Shown here in pieces: positions 37,681 through 48,298 of a stretch of DNA of 64,000 bases. The stretch's first letter is position 1, and every line of letters begins with the position of its first letter. A model generated the notes under the pieces. It was not told where the DNA came from and did not search any database. It saw only the letters and a list, made by a program, of their open reading frames with translations. The stretch comes from Lepidodermella squamata (lineage: Eukaryota > Animalia > Gastrotricha), in NCBI GenBank assembly GCA_047495785.1, contig JBLDXI010000031.1, positions 248,001-312,000 of the forward strand, in the 5' to 3' direction. The position numbers and the translations under genes were made by a program.

Positions 37681-40445
37681 AAATTAGCGAAATTCCGGCA
37701 AAAGGTCGCTACTATACTATTGCTGAGTGTTCCGATATTATTCAACCTGTTATCGCCATTTCTGTTGAAACAAAGTGTGATAAATTATTCTCTTGGTTTC
37801 ATTTCATTTCTTCATTTTCAATTGTTTCGCTGCGTTGAAAATAAAGATGGACGGCACCGGGTCACGGATAATAATACTTTTTCATTGGTCTCGGCAGCTC
37901 GTTTTTGCTAACTGTATAATTTTCAATCGAAGAATTGCAGAAAAGCGCGAGAAAACTTTGAAGAATTATGGGAAGGATAAGCGAAGAAGATGAATTTATC
38001 TTCTTTTATCTTCAAGAGTCCAAGAACGCAAGATAGCAATCGCAGCTAATGGCAATTTTATAGCCCTTGAACCGAAGATAGTAATTTGGGATGCAACCGC
38101 AATATAGCCGTATAATGATATATAGAAATATGCGCTAGCACTGGCGGTCTCTTACGTCGCAACACGAACGATATCGCCGTAGTTCAAATGGCTGAACACC
38201 AAGCCATTCGCCATCATTATCGCTGTCCTCCTGTCAACCAATTTTGCAGCCAGCTTTAAAGCAAACAAGCCTTTTCGGGCATTACTTTTGGCGCCGGCGA
38301 TATGTTTTTTAAACGATAGTTGGTTGTCAATCGTAAAGCCCAAAATAACCATGACGTTTGCAGGCTTAATAGCCGTACCAGCAATCGTCAGTGAGAAGTC
38401 AGGCGCTGATGGCATGGCACCTTTGAGCAACATGAATTGAGATTTTTTACCATTCACTAACAGAGAGTTGCTTTTCAACCACGAGCAGACGACGTTCATC
38501 TACTGCTGTAAGTCTGAATGAAGCTCGTTGATATTTCTGCTTGCGAAGTAAATTGTGATGTCGTCCGCGTACTGCTTAATTCTGCAGCGTGTGGTCACTA
38601 AGGCCAATTCGTTCACATAAACGGTAAACATCAACGGCCCAAGCACCGATCCCTGCGGTACTCCGTGATTGATTTCTTCAAATTCAGAAAGTTCGTTGTT
38701 TATCTTCGTTGCTTGTCGGCGGTGGTGCAGATAGTTGTTTACGAGTCTGAGAGAAAATGTGAAAGACCGGCGCTTTTGAAAGACTCGATAATTCCGTCGT
38801 GGTTCAGCGTGTCAAACGCCTGTGACAAGTCTACTGAGACGGCACCGACAACCTTCCCGTCACACATCCATTGACGCCAATCTTCGGTAAACTCCGCGAC
38901 GCATGTGTCGGTAGAATTCTTTTCTCGGAAGCCATGCTGGGCTGATGTCCAGAACTTACGTAGGTGTGCTTTTAACTGGAAGGCCAAGCATCGTTCGAAA
39001 GTGCTCGCGATTGCAGATGTGATAGAGATGGGTCGATAGTTGCCAACATCCGCTGTGCTCCCAGATTTGTGAAGAGGAGTAACGATTGAAACCTTCCAAT
39101 CATCAACAAACTTTCCTTCCTTAATTCCCATGTTGAACAGTATTACCAAATATGGGGCGATTGTGGACTTCGTCATCTTCACGACGCATTCAGGAATTCC
39201 ATCAAACCCTGTGGTCTGTTTGTACGACAATTTTTCGATTGCTGCCTCAACTTCCGAGTTAGAAACAGAGCGAAAATCGAATTTCGGATAGTCACCACGG
39301 CGCCTGACGAAGCTGAGGCTTGCTGCAAGAGCTTGAGCGACCTTCGAACCAGCTTGCGCAAAAAACACATTAAAAGCGTTTGCCTTTTCGAGCGAGGCTT
39401 GTTTGCCGAAGTCTTGAAAGTTTCCACCGCGTTTGGACTTTGGTCTGAAGTCGCTAATTACTCGCCAAAGTTTGCGAGGATCTCGTCCAGCTTCACTAAT
39501 ACGCTTGCGATAATTTTCACGGCGTACTTTTCGTCGTAGTCTCTGTCTGTCGCGTCGAGATAACGTTGTGTCAATTACTGTTCTTCGTCGTTGTCGACGT
39601 TGATTCGGCTTCTTTACGATCATAGGAGCTTTTTCATTGATCGCATCCATAAGGCATGTTTTGATCGATTGCCAGTAGCTTTCGCAGTCATGAAACGAAT
39701 TATCATCGAATTTTTCTAATTTCGCTTTCAAGACACGGTTCAGTCGTTCACCATCGACATCAAATTATTTTCCTTGAATATAAGATATGAATATACGAAT
39801 ATACGAACAATGACGAACAAATTGGCATGAAAAACAGCCGAACAAGTCAGTAGAATTCGATTTCACCCCTTTGTTCGGCAAAAACCTTTGTGTTCGGCGT
39901 TGTTCTGCAGCGCAGATGGCGGACTGGGTCATTTTAGTCATTTGTCGCGGCCGATACCGAAAGATAAACTAACCTGATTCGCTTAAATTGTGCAATCATG
40001 CCAAAATGAAATTAGCGCCTTAAAAAGAAGTATCGCATGGAGCTCTTTATGCGCAAATGATACATTGCTGATGCTTTGTGTCAGTCAGAACTACTTGGTT
40101 TTATTTACACGCGGCAATTCATTTTTTTATTTTAGGCCACATAACTTACACCACTAACATATTTCGTATTCACTCGAAAAATTACACAAAATTATTAAAG
40201 CATTAATTCTAAAATATGTATACGGACTGATAGCCATTGGCAGAAAATTAATACCCCAAACATTGTTTTGGAAAGCCAGGATGCCTGTGTCTCCAGTAAT
40301 TGCATGCAAAAACTTTCATATATTTAAAATCGTGAATGGTAGCTCAAGCAAAGTATGTCTGACATGATGCACAGCAGCTGTTTATTCCCGGCAGATTGGA
40401 CCTGAAGCAAAATTATATTTCTCTTGCTGGTTAATAAGTCTTAAG

Positions 40446-41375
40446 ATGGCTTACCTTACTCTGGCGATTATCGCTGTATCCTGTGCCGCAGTCACAGCTT
40501 GCCCTCCGTCGACGACGACAACTCCGTGTCCAACAGGCAGCGCTGGTTGCCCCTCAGGTCAAACATGCGCAGCGTCAACTAGTACTTGTGATACTAGCGC
40601 CAATAATTGTATTTCTAAAAGCGCCACCCAATGCCCCACTGGACAGTCTTGCGCAGCTGCGGTAATTTGCAATATCCCTCATACTTTTAATCAAGGTGAT
40701 TCCTCTATATATCTCACAGACACTTTACCAAATGTGCTCAATGACAACCCAGGGGTCGCCCACAACTGCACAGGTTGCTCAAAGTGTTAAATTTTGCCAC
40801 AACGAAGCTGGAACCGGAGCCTCAATGTGTACCAAGTATCTGACAGGATCTGCTGCTGTGGTATTTTTTCGATTTCGCAACGAAACACAATATATGATCA
40901 AATGATATGGCTAGATTGCTACTGATGCCACCAACACTTTCTCCACATTTTCTGCTTGCTGTCAAGCCACAACTGCTACAAATACCAATATCAAATATGA
41001 AGTCATACCGCAGGCAGCCACTACCGCTGGAATTTTGACTTGCATTGGAGCAGTCGATTCGACTCCATACAAAGTAACAGCCCCTACTGCAGCTGTCACC
41101 GCTGGGGCCTTCGCGTATTGTGTCCGTTTCCCCCACACTTCTAACGTTGCCAACGGTCAGCTAGTAACTGGTGGAGTGGTAAGCATGCGTTTTGTTGTTC
41201 ATATCTATACATTGTATTATACACCTTACAGGCAGGAGTTTCGACATATGCTTTCGCTACGTACACAGCGTGCTGCTATGCTATCGGTGGAGCGACTTCT
41301 AAACCACCGGGTATCGCCACTAATACCATTTATGGAGTGGCGAATATGGAAATCTGCGGGGCTACCGGTGCGTAA
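40446..41375 (+). CDS. Orphan secreted Cys/Thr/Ala-rich protein; exons 40446-40661, 40720-40860, 40915-41178, 41232-41375 (254 aa)
   Basis: Signal peptide; three phase-0 GT-AG introns (58, 54, 53 bp) give a stop-free ORF; AATAAA near 41490. Confidence 0.8.
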
Positions 41376-41626
41376 TCGATTTACCCGAACATTTGCGACG
41401 TTAATCGTACAGTGCTGTATCTACTTAACGTTCGCGCATATTACCATTGAGCCGATGATTTTCAGTTTCTGTTTTTAACTCGGCTAATGAAATAAATTTA
41501 TCAAATAATCAATACTCTGAAAGGGCAATTGTTCATGATGTTACTTTACATCAATTGTACAACGATGAATAACACATGTTTAAACGGTATAAAGTCCGGG
41601 CATAAAGTCATTATCAATAATATATA

Positions 41627-43458
41627 ACTTTCGGTCCAGCACTCGGGCAGGATAAGGCTGGATGAGTGCTGGATGGTGCTGGATGAGTGCTGGACAGTGC
41701 TGGATGAGTGCTGGACAGTGCTGGATAGCATCCAGCACAAGTGGTGCTGGGTGTTACTATAAATAGAAATTTAATCCAGCACCACCATCCAGCACATCCG
41801 GCACAGGCTGATTGCTGATCAAAAAACTGTCCAGCACCGACAACATAGTCATCCGGCACCGCGAAAACCATACCCACGCACTATCCAGCAGATGTTCCGG
41901 TTGGTGCTGGATAGATGCAGCGGGATGTTTCATTCAGCCGAAATCGCGATTTCAAGACCCGATTTCGACCCGATCGGCGGCGAATTAGGACAGCGGCCCG
42001 TGACAGTTTGTTTAGAATTTCACGGGCTATCTAATGATATAAAATTTACTGAACGGCGATGCTGGGTTCGGTCTGAAATTGCGATCAAAGTCGGCCGATT
42101 TGGCGTGCGGCCAAGGCCAAAATCGCGATTTCAAGACCCGATTTCGACCCGATCGGCGGCGAATTAGGACAGCGGCCGTTGATAGTTTGTTTAGAATTTC
42201 AAGGGCTATCTAATGATATAAAATTTACCGAACGGCGATGCTGGGTTCGGTCTGAAATTGCGATCAAAGTCGGCCGATTTGGCGTGCGGCCAAGGCCAAA
42301 ATCGCGATTTCAAGACCCGATTTCGACCCGATCGGCGGCGAATTAGGACAGCGGCCGTTGATAGTTTGTTTAGAATTTCAAGGGCTATCTAATGATATAA
42401 AATTTACCGAACGGCGATGCTGGGTTCGGTCTGAAATTGCGATCAAAGTCGGCCGATTTGGCGTGCGGCCAAGGCCATAATTGCGATTTCAAGACCCGAT
42501 TTCGACCCGATCGGCGGCGAATTAGGACAGCGGCCCGTGACAGTTTGTTTAGAATTTCACGGGCTATCTAATGATATAAAATTTACTGAACGGCGATGCT
42601 GGGTTCGGTCTGAAATTGCGATCAAAGTCGGCCGATTTGGCATGCGGCCAAGGCCATAATTGCGATTTCAAGACCCGATTTCGACCCGATCGGCGGCGAA
42701 TTAGGACAGCGGCCCGTGACAGTTTGTTTAGAATTTCACGGGCTATCTAATGATATAAAATTTACTGAACGGCGATGCTGGGTTCGGTCTGAAATTGCGA
42801 TCAAAGTCGGCCGATTTGGCGTGCGGCCAAGGCCATAATTGCGATTTCAAGACCCGATTTCGACCCGATCGGCGGCGAATTAGGACAGCGGCCGTTGATA
42901 GTTTGTTTAGAATTTCAAGGGCTATCTAATGATATAAAATTTACCGAACGGCGATGCTGGGTTCGGTCTGAAATTGCGATCAAAGTCGGCCGATTTGGCG
43001 TCGAGTCATAATCAGACATTATGGCGGCTTAGTGCTGCCAAAAACGCCATGTTGAGCTTTATTTACTGACTCATAAACGTTGTAATTACGCATTTGTTAT
43101 AGATCAAATAGAGAAGCGAGTGTGGCGTAGTTGCGTAGTAGCTCCTCAAAACTTCCACTCGAGTTCCACTCAAAACTTCCACTGAAGATCTCGAGTTCGG
43201 TTCCACGCGTCGCCGTTTTTTTTCACGCAAAATCATCCGATTCAGTGCTGGACAGATGGTGGACGGGTGCTGGATGGCGGCGGGGATGAGGCAGGATGAA
43301 GGGCTGGCTATCCAGCACCGTCCAGCACTCATCATGGGATATCGGGCCGCCGAGTATTTTCATGGCTTCACGCCAATCCAGCACCGTCCGGCACTGTGCT
43401 GGATGGGTGCTGGACAGGTGCTGGACAAAATGGTGCTGGATGGTGCTGGAGCAAAAGT
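41627..43458. mobile_element. Non-autonomous relative of the tyrosine-recombinase element, carrying a 179-bp satellite
   Basis: Ends TA-ACTTTCGGTCCAGCAC and GTGCTGGAGCAAAAGT-TA; CCAGCAC/GTGCTGG subterminal arrays; same terminal layout as 46809-59550. Confidence 0.75.
41942..43001. repeat. Tandem satellite, 179-bp unit, about 5.9 copies
   Basis: Unit starts at 41942, 42121, 42300, 42479, 42658 and 42837 (AATCGCGATTTCAAGACCCG...). Confidence 0.95.
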
Positions 43459-43618
43459 TAATGCTATGATTTCAGTGAAATGACTCGCTTGAGTTCATAG
43501 CTGTGAGGTATTTCTGGCTATTTCACGCAACAACAACTATTATTTGCCTCATTTCATTCAAATTTGAAGAGTCCAATGTTTTAAAACATGTTTACGTCAC
43601 CTGAGCGTTGTTCTGAGA

Positions 43619-44670
43619 TGTTTTATTGCTTTATTGCTGAGCAAAACGATAACGATACGCAACATTGATATTTATTAAACAGGAAATAACCAGAGTAAAG
43701 ATCCATGGTACAAACGTGTGCTTATAACGACAATGATTACAAATCAATGACTGCGCAATAGAAGCGTATCACGATAACGAGAACAACATCGAAATATTAC
43801 AAGTGCTACTGTTACACTATACCCTCCTTCAGGGGGAGCGTTGCTTCGACGTGAACGTGTGACATGGGCCCGGCTTCCTGGGATACTCCGCGTGAAATTT
43901 CGCAACTAGCTCCGAAGAATTTTGAACATTTGAAGCAGGTTCCCAAGTCTGTTCCTCCGGGCCGTAGCCACGCCACTCCACCAAATACTTCAATTTTCAA
44001 CGTTCGAACTTGGAGTCAACGATAAATTCGCCTTCGAACTCTTTCTCGCCATCAACTTCCAATCATCAACTTCGATGTCATTAGCGATGAAAGGTTCCAA
44101 CAAAGAAGCATGAACAACCGGATTTTCATTAAAGCAGGGAGTTGAAGCTTGAAGCGTGAAATGGAGTAATTCGAACCAGTTATCATGTTGATAAGAACAG
44201 TTATTTTTTTATTTTATTTATATTTGACTTGCAATTATCGCACTTGCGATTGTAGCAAACAGTAAAACAGAAAAAGAAAGATAATTGTTCACGTATTACG
44301 GCGCCTCATTGACGACTGACGACACAAGATGTAGCTGCGTAGATATTGTTCGAGGCAAGAATTGACACGTTCCGTTTGCCCGTCAGTTTCGGGGCGAAAC
44401 GCCGTCGACATTTTGACTTGGCAATTGAGTAATTCGAGGAGTCTTCTCAAGAAATGCGACGAAAATTGTGTTCCGCGGTCACTGATGGTATCCTCCGGCA
44501 GGCCATTGAGACGAAAACCTTGATGCAAAACAGCTTGCGCCGTTTGCTCAGCAGTCGGTAGTCCCGGAAATGCAATAAAATGAACCATTTTAGTTAAACG
44601 ATCAACAAAATTCAAAATACAGGTCATACCGTTAGATGGCAGAAGTTCAACAACAAAATCCATTGAAATC
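43619..44670 (-). mobile_element. Degenerate Ty3/Gypsy 3' fragment: integrase, chromodomain, PPT, 3' LTR (about 43816-43619)
   Basis: SISMDFVV...VDRLTKMVHF...ISDRGTQF...PETDGQTERVN; WRGYGPEEQTWEP chromodomain remnant; purine tract GAAGGAGGG before TGTAAC; LTR ends AATAAAACA. Confidence 0.85.
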
Positions 44671-44997
44671 GAAGACCAAGGCACAACTGCGAGATACTAT
44701 CGCTCCGCATACTGGTCCCGCGATAGTCCCGCACCAGGCGTCAGCATTTCAAAAAACGAGACGGAATGTGAGCGTTGAACCAGTGGCCACTAACCCAACA
44801 CCCGCAATCGAATCGATTGCACCACTGGTTCCTCATGAATAACAGTCACAAATATCGTCGATTTACAATGATTTTTTGGCGATTTTGCCATTTATGCAGT
44901 CGGCTGCCTTGTCGGCTCTGGCAGTTTTTATCGATTTGCCGCCAATGCACCAGTCGAAATTAAAAATATTTTTAAATAAAATTAAAAATTAAAGAAA

Positions 44998-45065
44998 TTG
45001 GATGCAGACGGGAATCGAACCAGTGGCCACTAACCCAACACGAATCGATTGCACCACTGGTTCCT
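44998..45065 (-). other. tRNA-like pol III promoter remnant (SINE head or pseudo-tRNA); a more decayed copy lies at about 44760-44853
   Basis: A-box-like TGGTGCAATCG and B-box GGTTCGATTCC, ending CCA; acceptor stem does not pair. Confidence 0.4.
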
Positions 45066-45254
45066 CATGAATAACAGTCACAAATAAATCGATTCACTAT
45101 AAACCATTATAAAACGATTAGTAGGCAAAACAAGAGTGTGAATTTAGTGAGTTCAATTGAAATTGCTGTGAATGAACTTACTCAGCCTGCTTGAAATTTC
45201 GCGGTTTTCTTAATGGCGAGAAACATGCTTTGTGAAATTTGTTTATTTTTCATG

Positions 45255-45471
45255 ATGTCGCACCCGTCACCAGCATGTTGCTTTCCCGCATCACTGCGGG
45301 ATATACGCTGCGGGTCTGTCCCGCACCCCGCAGCAGTTTATCCCTTACTCATCCCGCACTCTTATCACAGTCATCCTGCACCGCCTTGGCACTTGTCCCG
45401 CACTAGTCCCGCACTAGTCCCGAACTCATACCGCATCGACCCGCACTTGTGCGGGGAGATGGACGATATTT
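45255..45471. mobile_element. Solo right-end fragment of a CCCGCA-family element
   Basis: CCCGCA repeats; terminal hairpin CCGCACTTGTGCGG; GTGCGGG-N10-ATATTT exactly as at 59535-59557. Confidence 0.6.
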
Positions 45472-46440
45472 GGATGCATTAAACCTTTGCCGCCACTCAT
45501 GGGCCCACGTTGATACCCGGTCGATCTCATTCTGGGTAGCACGCTCAGCTTCTGGAAAATCCACCCCTTCAACGACAGCTGTTAGGTCATCAGCATAGGC
45601 ATCGATATAACACCCCGGGGCAGTCGGCGCGGTCAGCAGATCGAAAGTGTAGACGATATAGAGCAGCGGTGAGAGCGGTGAGCCTTGCGGTACGCCGCAT
45701 TTGACGGTAACTTGTCGACTAAGGAAGCCCGCAACACGAGCCTGCAAGTTGCGATCCAGTGTGCGATCTTCGATCCCGGAGCTGCCAGGGATGGAAAAAT
45801 TTGTTTTGCTGTTTCTGCCAAAATTACTAGTTGTTTCGGCGAATAACCGAGCGAATCGAGAAAATATTGAAGATTTTCCACTAAATCACGCTCCAGAACC
45901 TTTCAAAATTGACGAAATAGCGGGATAAATTCTCATTTTGTCGTCTGGCCCGGCCGAGCTGGGGGGGATGATCCCCCCCATCCCCCCCTGAAAGTCGCAC
46001 ACTGTTGCGATCGCGAAGGAAATCGGTCAGCCACCCAGCGAGGTTTCGAGGAAGCGCAGTTTAGCAAGCTTGAACGCCAGGCCAGCACTCCACACGGAAT
46101 CGTAAGCCACCTGGACGTCCATACCAACAGCTATCACTTTTCGGTGTCGAGAGCGGGCAAGATGAACGGTGTGGGCGACTCGTAGAGGGACATCAAGTGC
46201 AGAGTGGTGCGCGCGGAACGCATACTGGTTGTCGGGCAGTGCGTGGTGGCTCTCCAGAAGCTCGCCCTACCAATGCGCCAACCAAATCCAGGCCCAACAT
46301 TTTCGCTTGAACCAAACTTCACATTAGCCAAGATCAGCGAGGAAAGTAGCACCAGGGACGCCAGGGACGATGAGGGTAGTACCAGGGACGCGTACCTGGT
46401 AGGTTTGAAGGTCCAAGCGTCCTCGCCAGGGACGCTGAGA
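45472..46440 (-). mobile_element. Degenerate GC-rich LINE fragment (RT)
   Basis: CGVPQGSPLSPLLYIVYT, AYADDL, WAHEWRQRFNASK; upstream part scrambled. Confidence 0.8.
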
Positions 46441-47409
46441 TCCCCGGTAGGTTGGCTGCTAGAGCTTAGTTCTATCGCAAAATGAGTGTAGCCAAGGCTA
46501 TTTTCAGCCTTACTTACAGCAAAATATCTTAGCTTTGCTCGCTTCGCTCGCTATAATCATAGGGAGTGCTAATTTGAAATTTGCCCTCGACTTTCAGCGA
46601 AGAACAGAAGCATTAATTTGAGGTGAAAACTTAATTCGTAACCAACTTGGATAAATATATTTTATTTAACACAAGGTGATAAGTTTCAAGTCCTTTATAG
46701 GTGAATTAAGGTCAATTTTGTTTTTTTTTATTTTTGAAATGTTACGAGATTTTGAGCATTTTCAGGCCATTCTCGCTGCAAAACCTCTAAAAATTGCTCG
46801 CCAGTTTAACTTTGCATCCCGCACCAAGTGCGGGAAGCTGCGGGACGCGTTGTGTTGGTCTCATCCCGCAGCATCCCGCAGTTGCTCCCGCAGTCCATCC
46901 CGCCTGTCCCGCAGTTCATCCCGCAGTTCATCCCGCTTGTCCCGCTGCCCGACCCGCAGCCCATCCCGCACGTCCCGCAGTCCATCCCGCACCAAAATAT
47001 TCTGGCCGGCGGCATCCCGCAGTTTCATCCCGCACGTCCCGCAGCCCATCCCGCACTCTATCCCGCATTTCCCACTGGTTATCCGCACCTAAAAATTCCA
47101 AATATTGCAGGTGCCGGTTGAAGATTTCAGATTAAGTCATATCAACAAAACTTTTTAAAGGAAGATCGTTTTATTCATCACTTGTTGTTATTTTCTAGCT
47201 TTCTCACAGATTATTGCCTTTGATTGTATTGAGGAGTACCGAATTAAATGAAATTCATCAAAAAATCACCAGCGCTAATAAAGAAATGTCAGAGATATGC
47301 TTGCAATCCGCTAGGCTGCTTTAGATTCCAATTCCCTTATTGCCATTTTCGAACATTCTGATCTAGTATAAAAAACTCGTCAAATTGCAAACCAATAAGA
47401 ACGAAAGGC

Positions 47410-47850
47410 TTACAGTTTTTCGTCCAGCGTTGATGGCAAGTTTAAATTCGACTTTTTAACTGGGTCATTGAGATCTCCTTCGTCCTCGACCTCCGACCTC
47501 GGACGCTTCGCCGTCTGCCGGTTTTCGGCGTGATCAGAGTCGGAAGAGCTCAATTGGCTTTCATTCGAGTGACGATTAGTAAACCGATAAGAACCATTGC
47601 GATTAGCCACAACGAGAAGAACAGGCGGTCCATCTGAATTGAAGAGGCGGTTTATTTCAGCCAAATTCATCACGTCATTGTCACTGTCGATGAGTATTCT
47701 ATTGTTCCCGAATTGGTAGAAAATTCTGGATACGACGGCTTGGCCTATTTTGGCGATACTTCTTCGTAAAGAGCTGAAATTTAGGTCAGTCTTAACATCA
47801 ACAAAGCGACATACGTCAGGTTCGAATGAAAACTTGGATAAAAATAGCAT
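47410..47850 (-). CDS. PB1/ubiquitin-fold-like ORF inside the YR element
   Basis: 146 aa; FSSLRRSI...RIFYQFGNNRILIDSDNDV parallels FAQLKSSL...QIFHQFSSLSILISNDNDV of the 58975 exon; acidic/basic tail. Confidence 0.5.
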   Translation of the reverse strand: MLFLSKFSFEPDVCRFVDVKTDLNFSSLRRSIAKIGQAVVSRIFYQFGNNRILIDSDNDVMNLAEINRLFNSDGPPVLLVVANRNGSYRFTNRHSNESQLSSSDSDHAENRQTAKRPRSEVEDEGDLNDPVKKSNLNLPSTLDEKL

Positions 47851-48298
47851 ATTAAATCCCTAAACAAAAAGACATATGAATAGATGCTGCAATAAACCCA
47901 TATCGCAATCGAGCGATTCTTTCACTTCTGCCACTGCGAGTTGAATATTTCCCCTAGTATTTGCGCCGAGGGCGACAATATTTCTCCGAATCCGGTTTTC
48001 TGAAATTAAATGGTCAGAAATGCCGAATCCAGCACCGAAATGACTTACTTAGCAAGCAGTTCTCTGGCCATGGGGCTCAAATTCGGACAGCTTTGTTTGT
48101 CTAGCTTCGCAATTAAAACACGCGGAGTTACTCTAAAAAATCATAATAGATTATATAGAAAAATCAGCTGAATTTTTTACTTTTTTCTCCTTCTTCGGCG
48201 AACTCTTTTTCGGTGTTGCAAAGCTTGTCGAGGTGCTCGGCTGACTGCGAAAAATCCAACAGTTATACTCACAATAATATGCCAAATATCATTTATAC

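Larger units (their letters stand above)
34912..38170. mobile_element. 3.26-kb non-autonomous TIR DNA transposon with ATAT target duplication
   Basis: Perfect 25-bp TIR CGTTCGTGTTGCGACGTAAGAGACC; ATAT at 34908-34911 and 38171-38174; excision restores the LINE frame. Confidence 0.9.
34143..39760 (-). mobile_element. Degenerate CR1/L2-like LINE (RT and 3' end), interrupted at 34912-38170
   Basis: NYRPISIT, QHGFR, VDLSQAFDTLNH, GVPQGSVLGPLMF, QYADDIT; HLNYGDI joins TLGQAVPTTLSRLQSTQDKAVK across the insertion; (TAAA)n tail near 34143-34170; frameshifts and stops. Confidence 0.9.

Noticed and set aside
44998-45065. Functional tRNA gene
   Set aside because: Acceptor and anticodon stems do not pair; kept only as a pol III-like remnant.
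46676-47135. Pro/Arg/Ser-rich ORFs on both strands (also at 41546-41877, 43256-43483, 59258-59446)
   Set aside because: Translations of the CCCGCA/CCAGCAC subterminal repeats.
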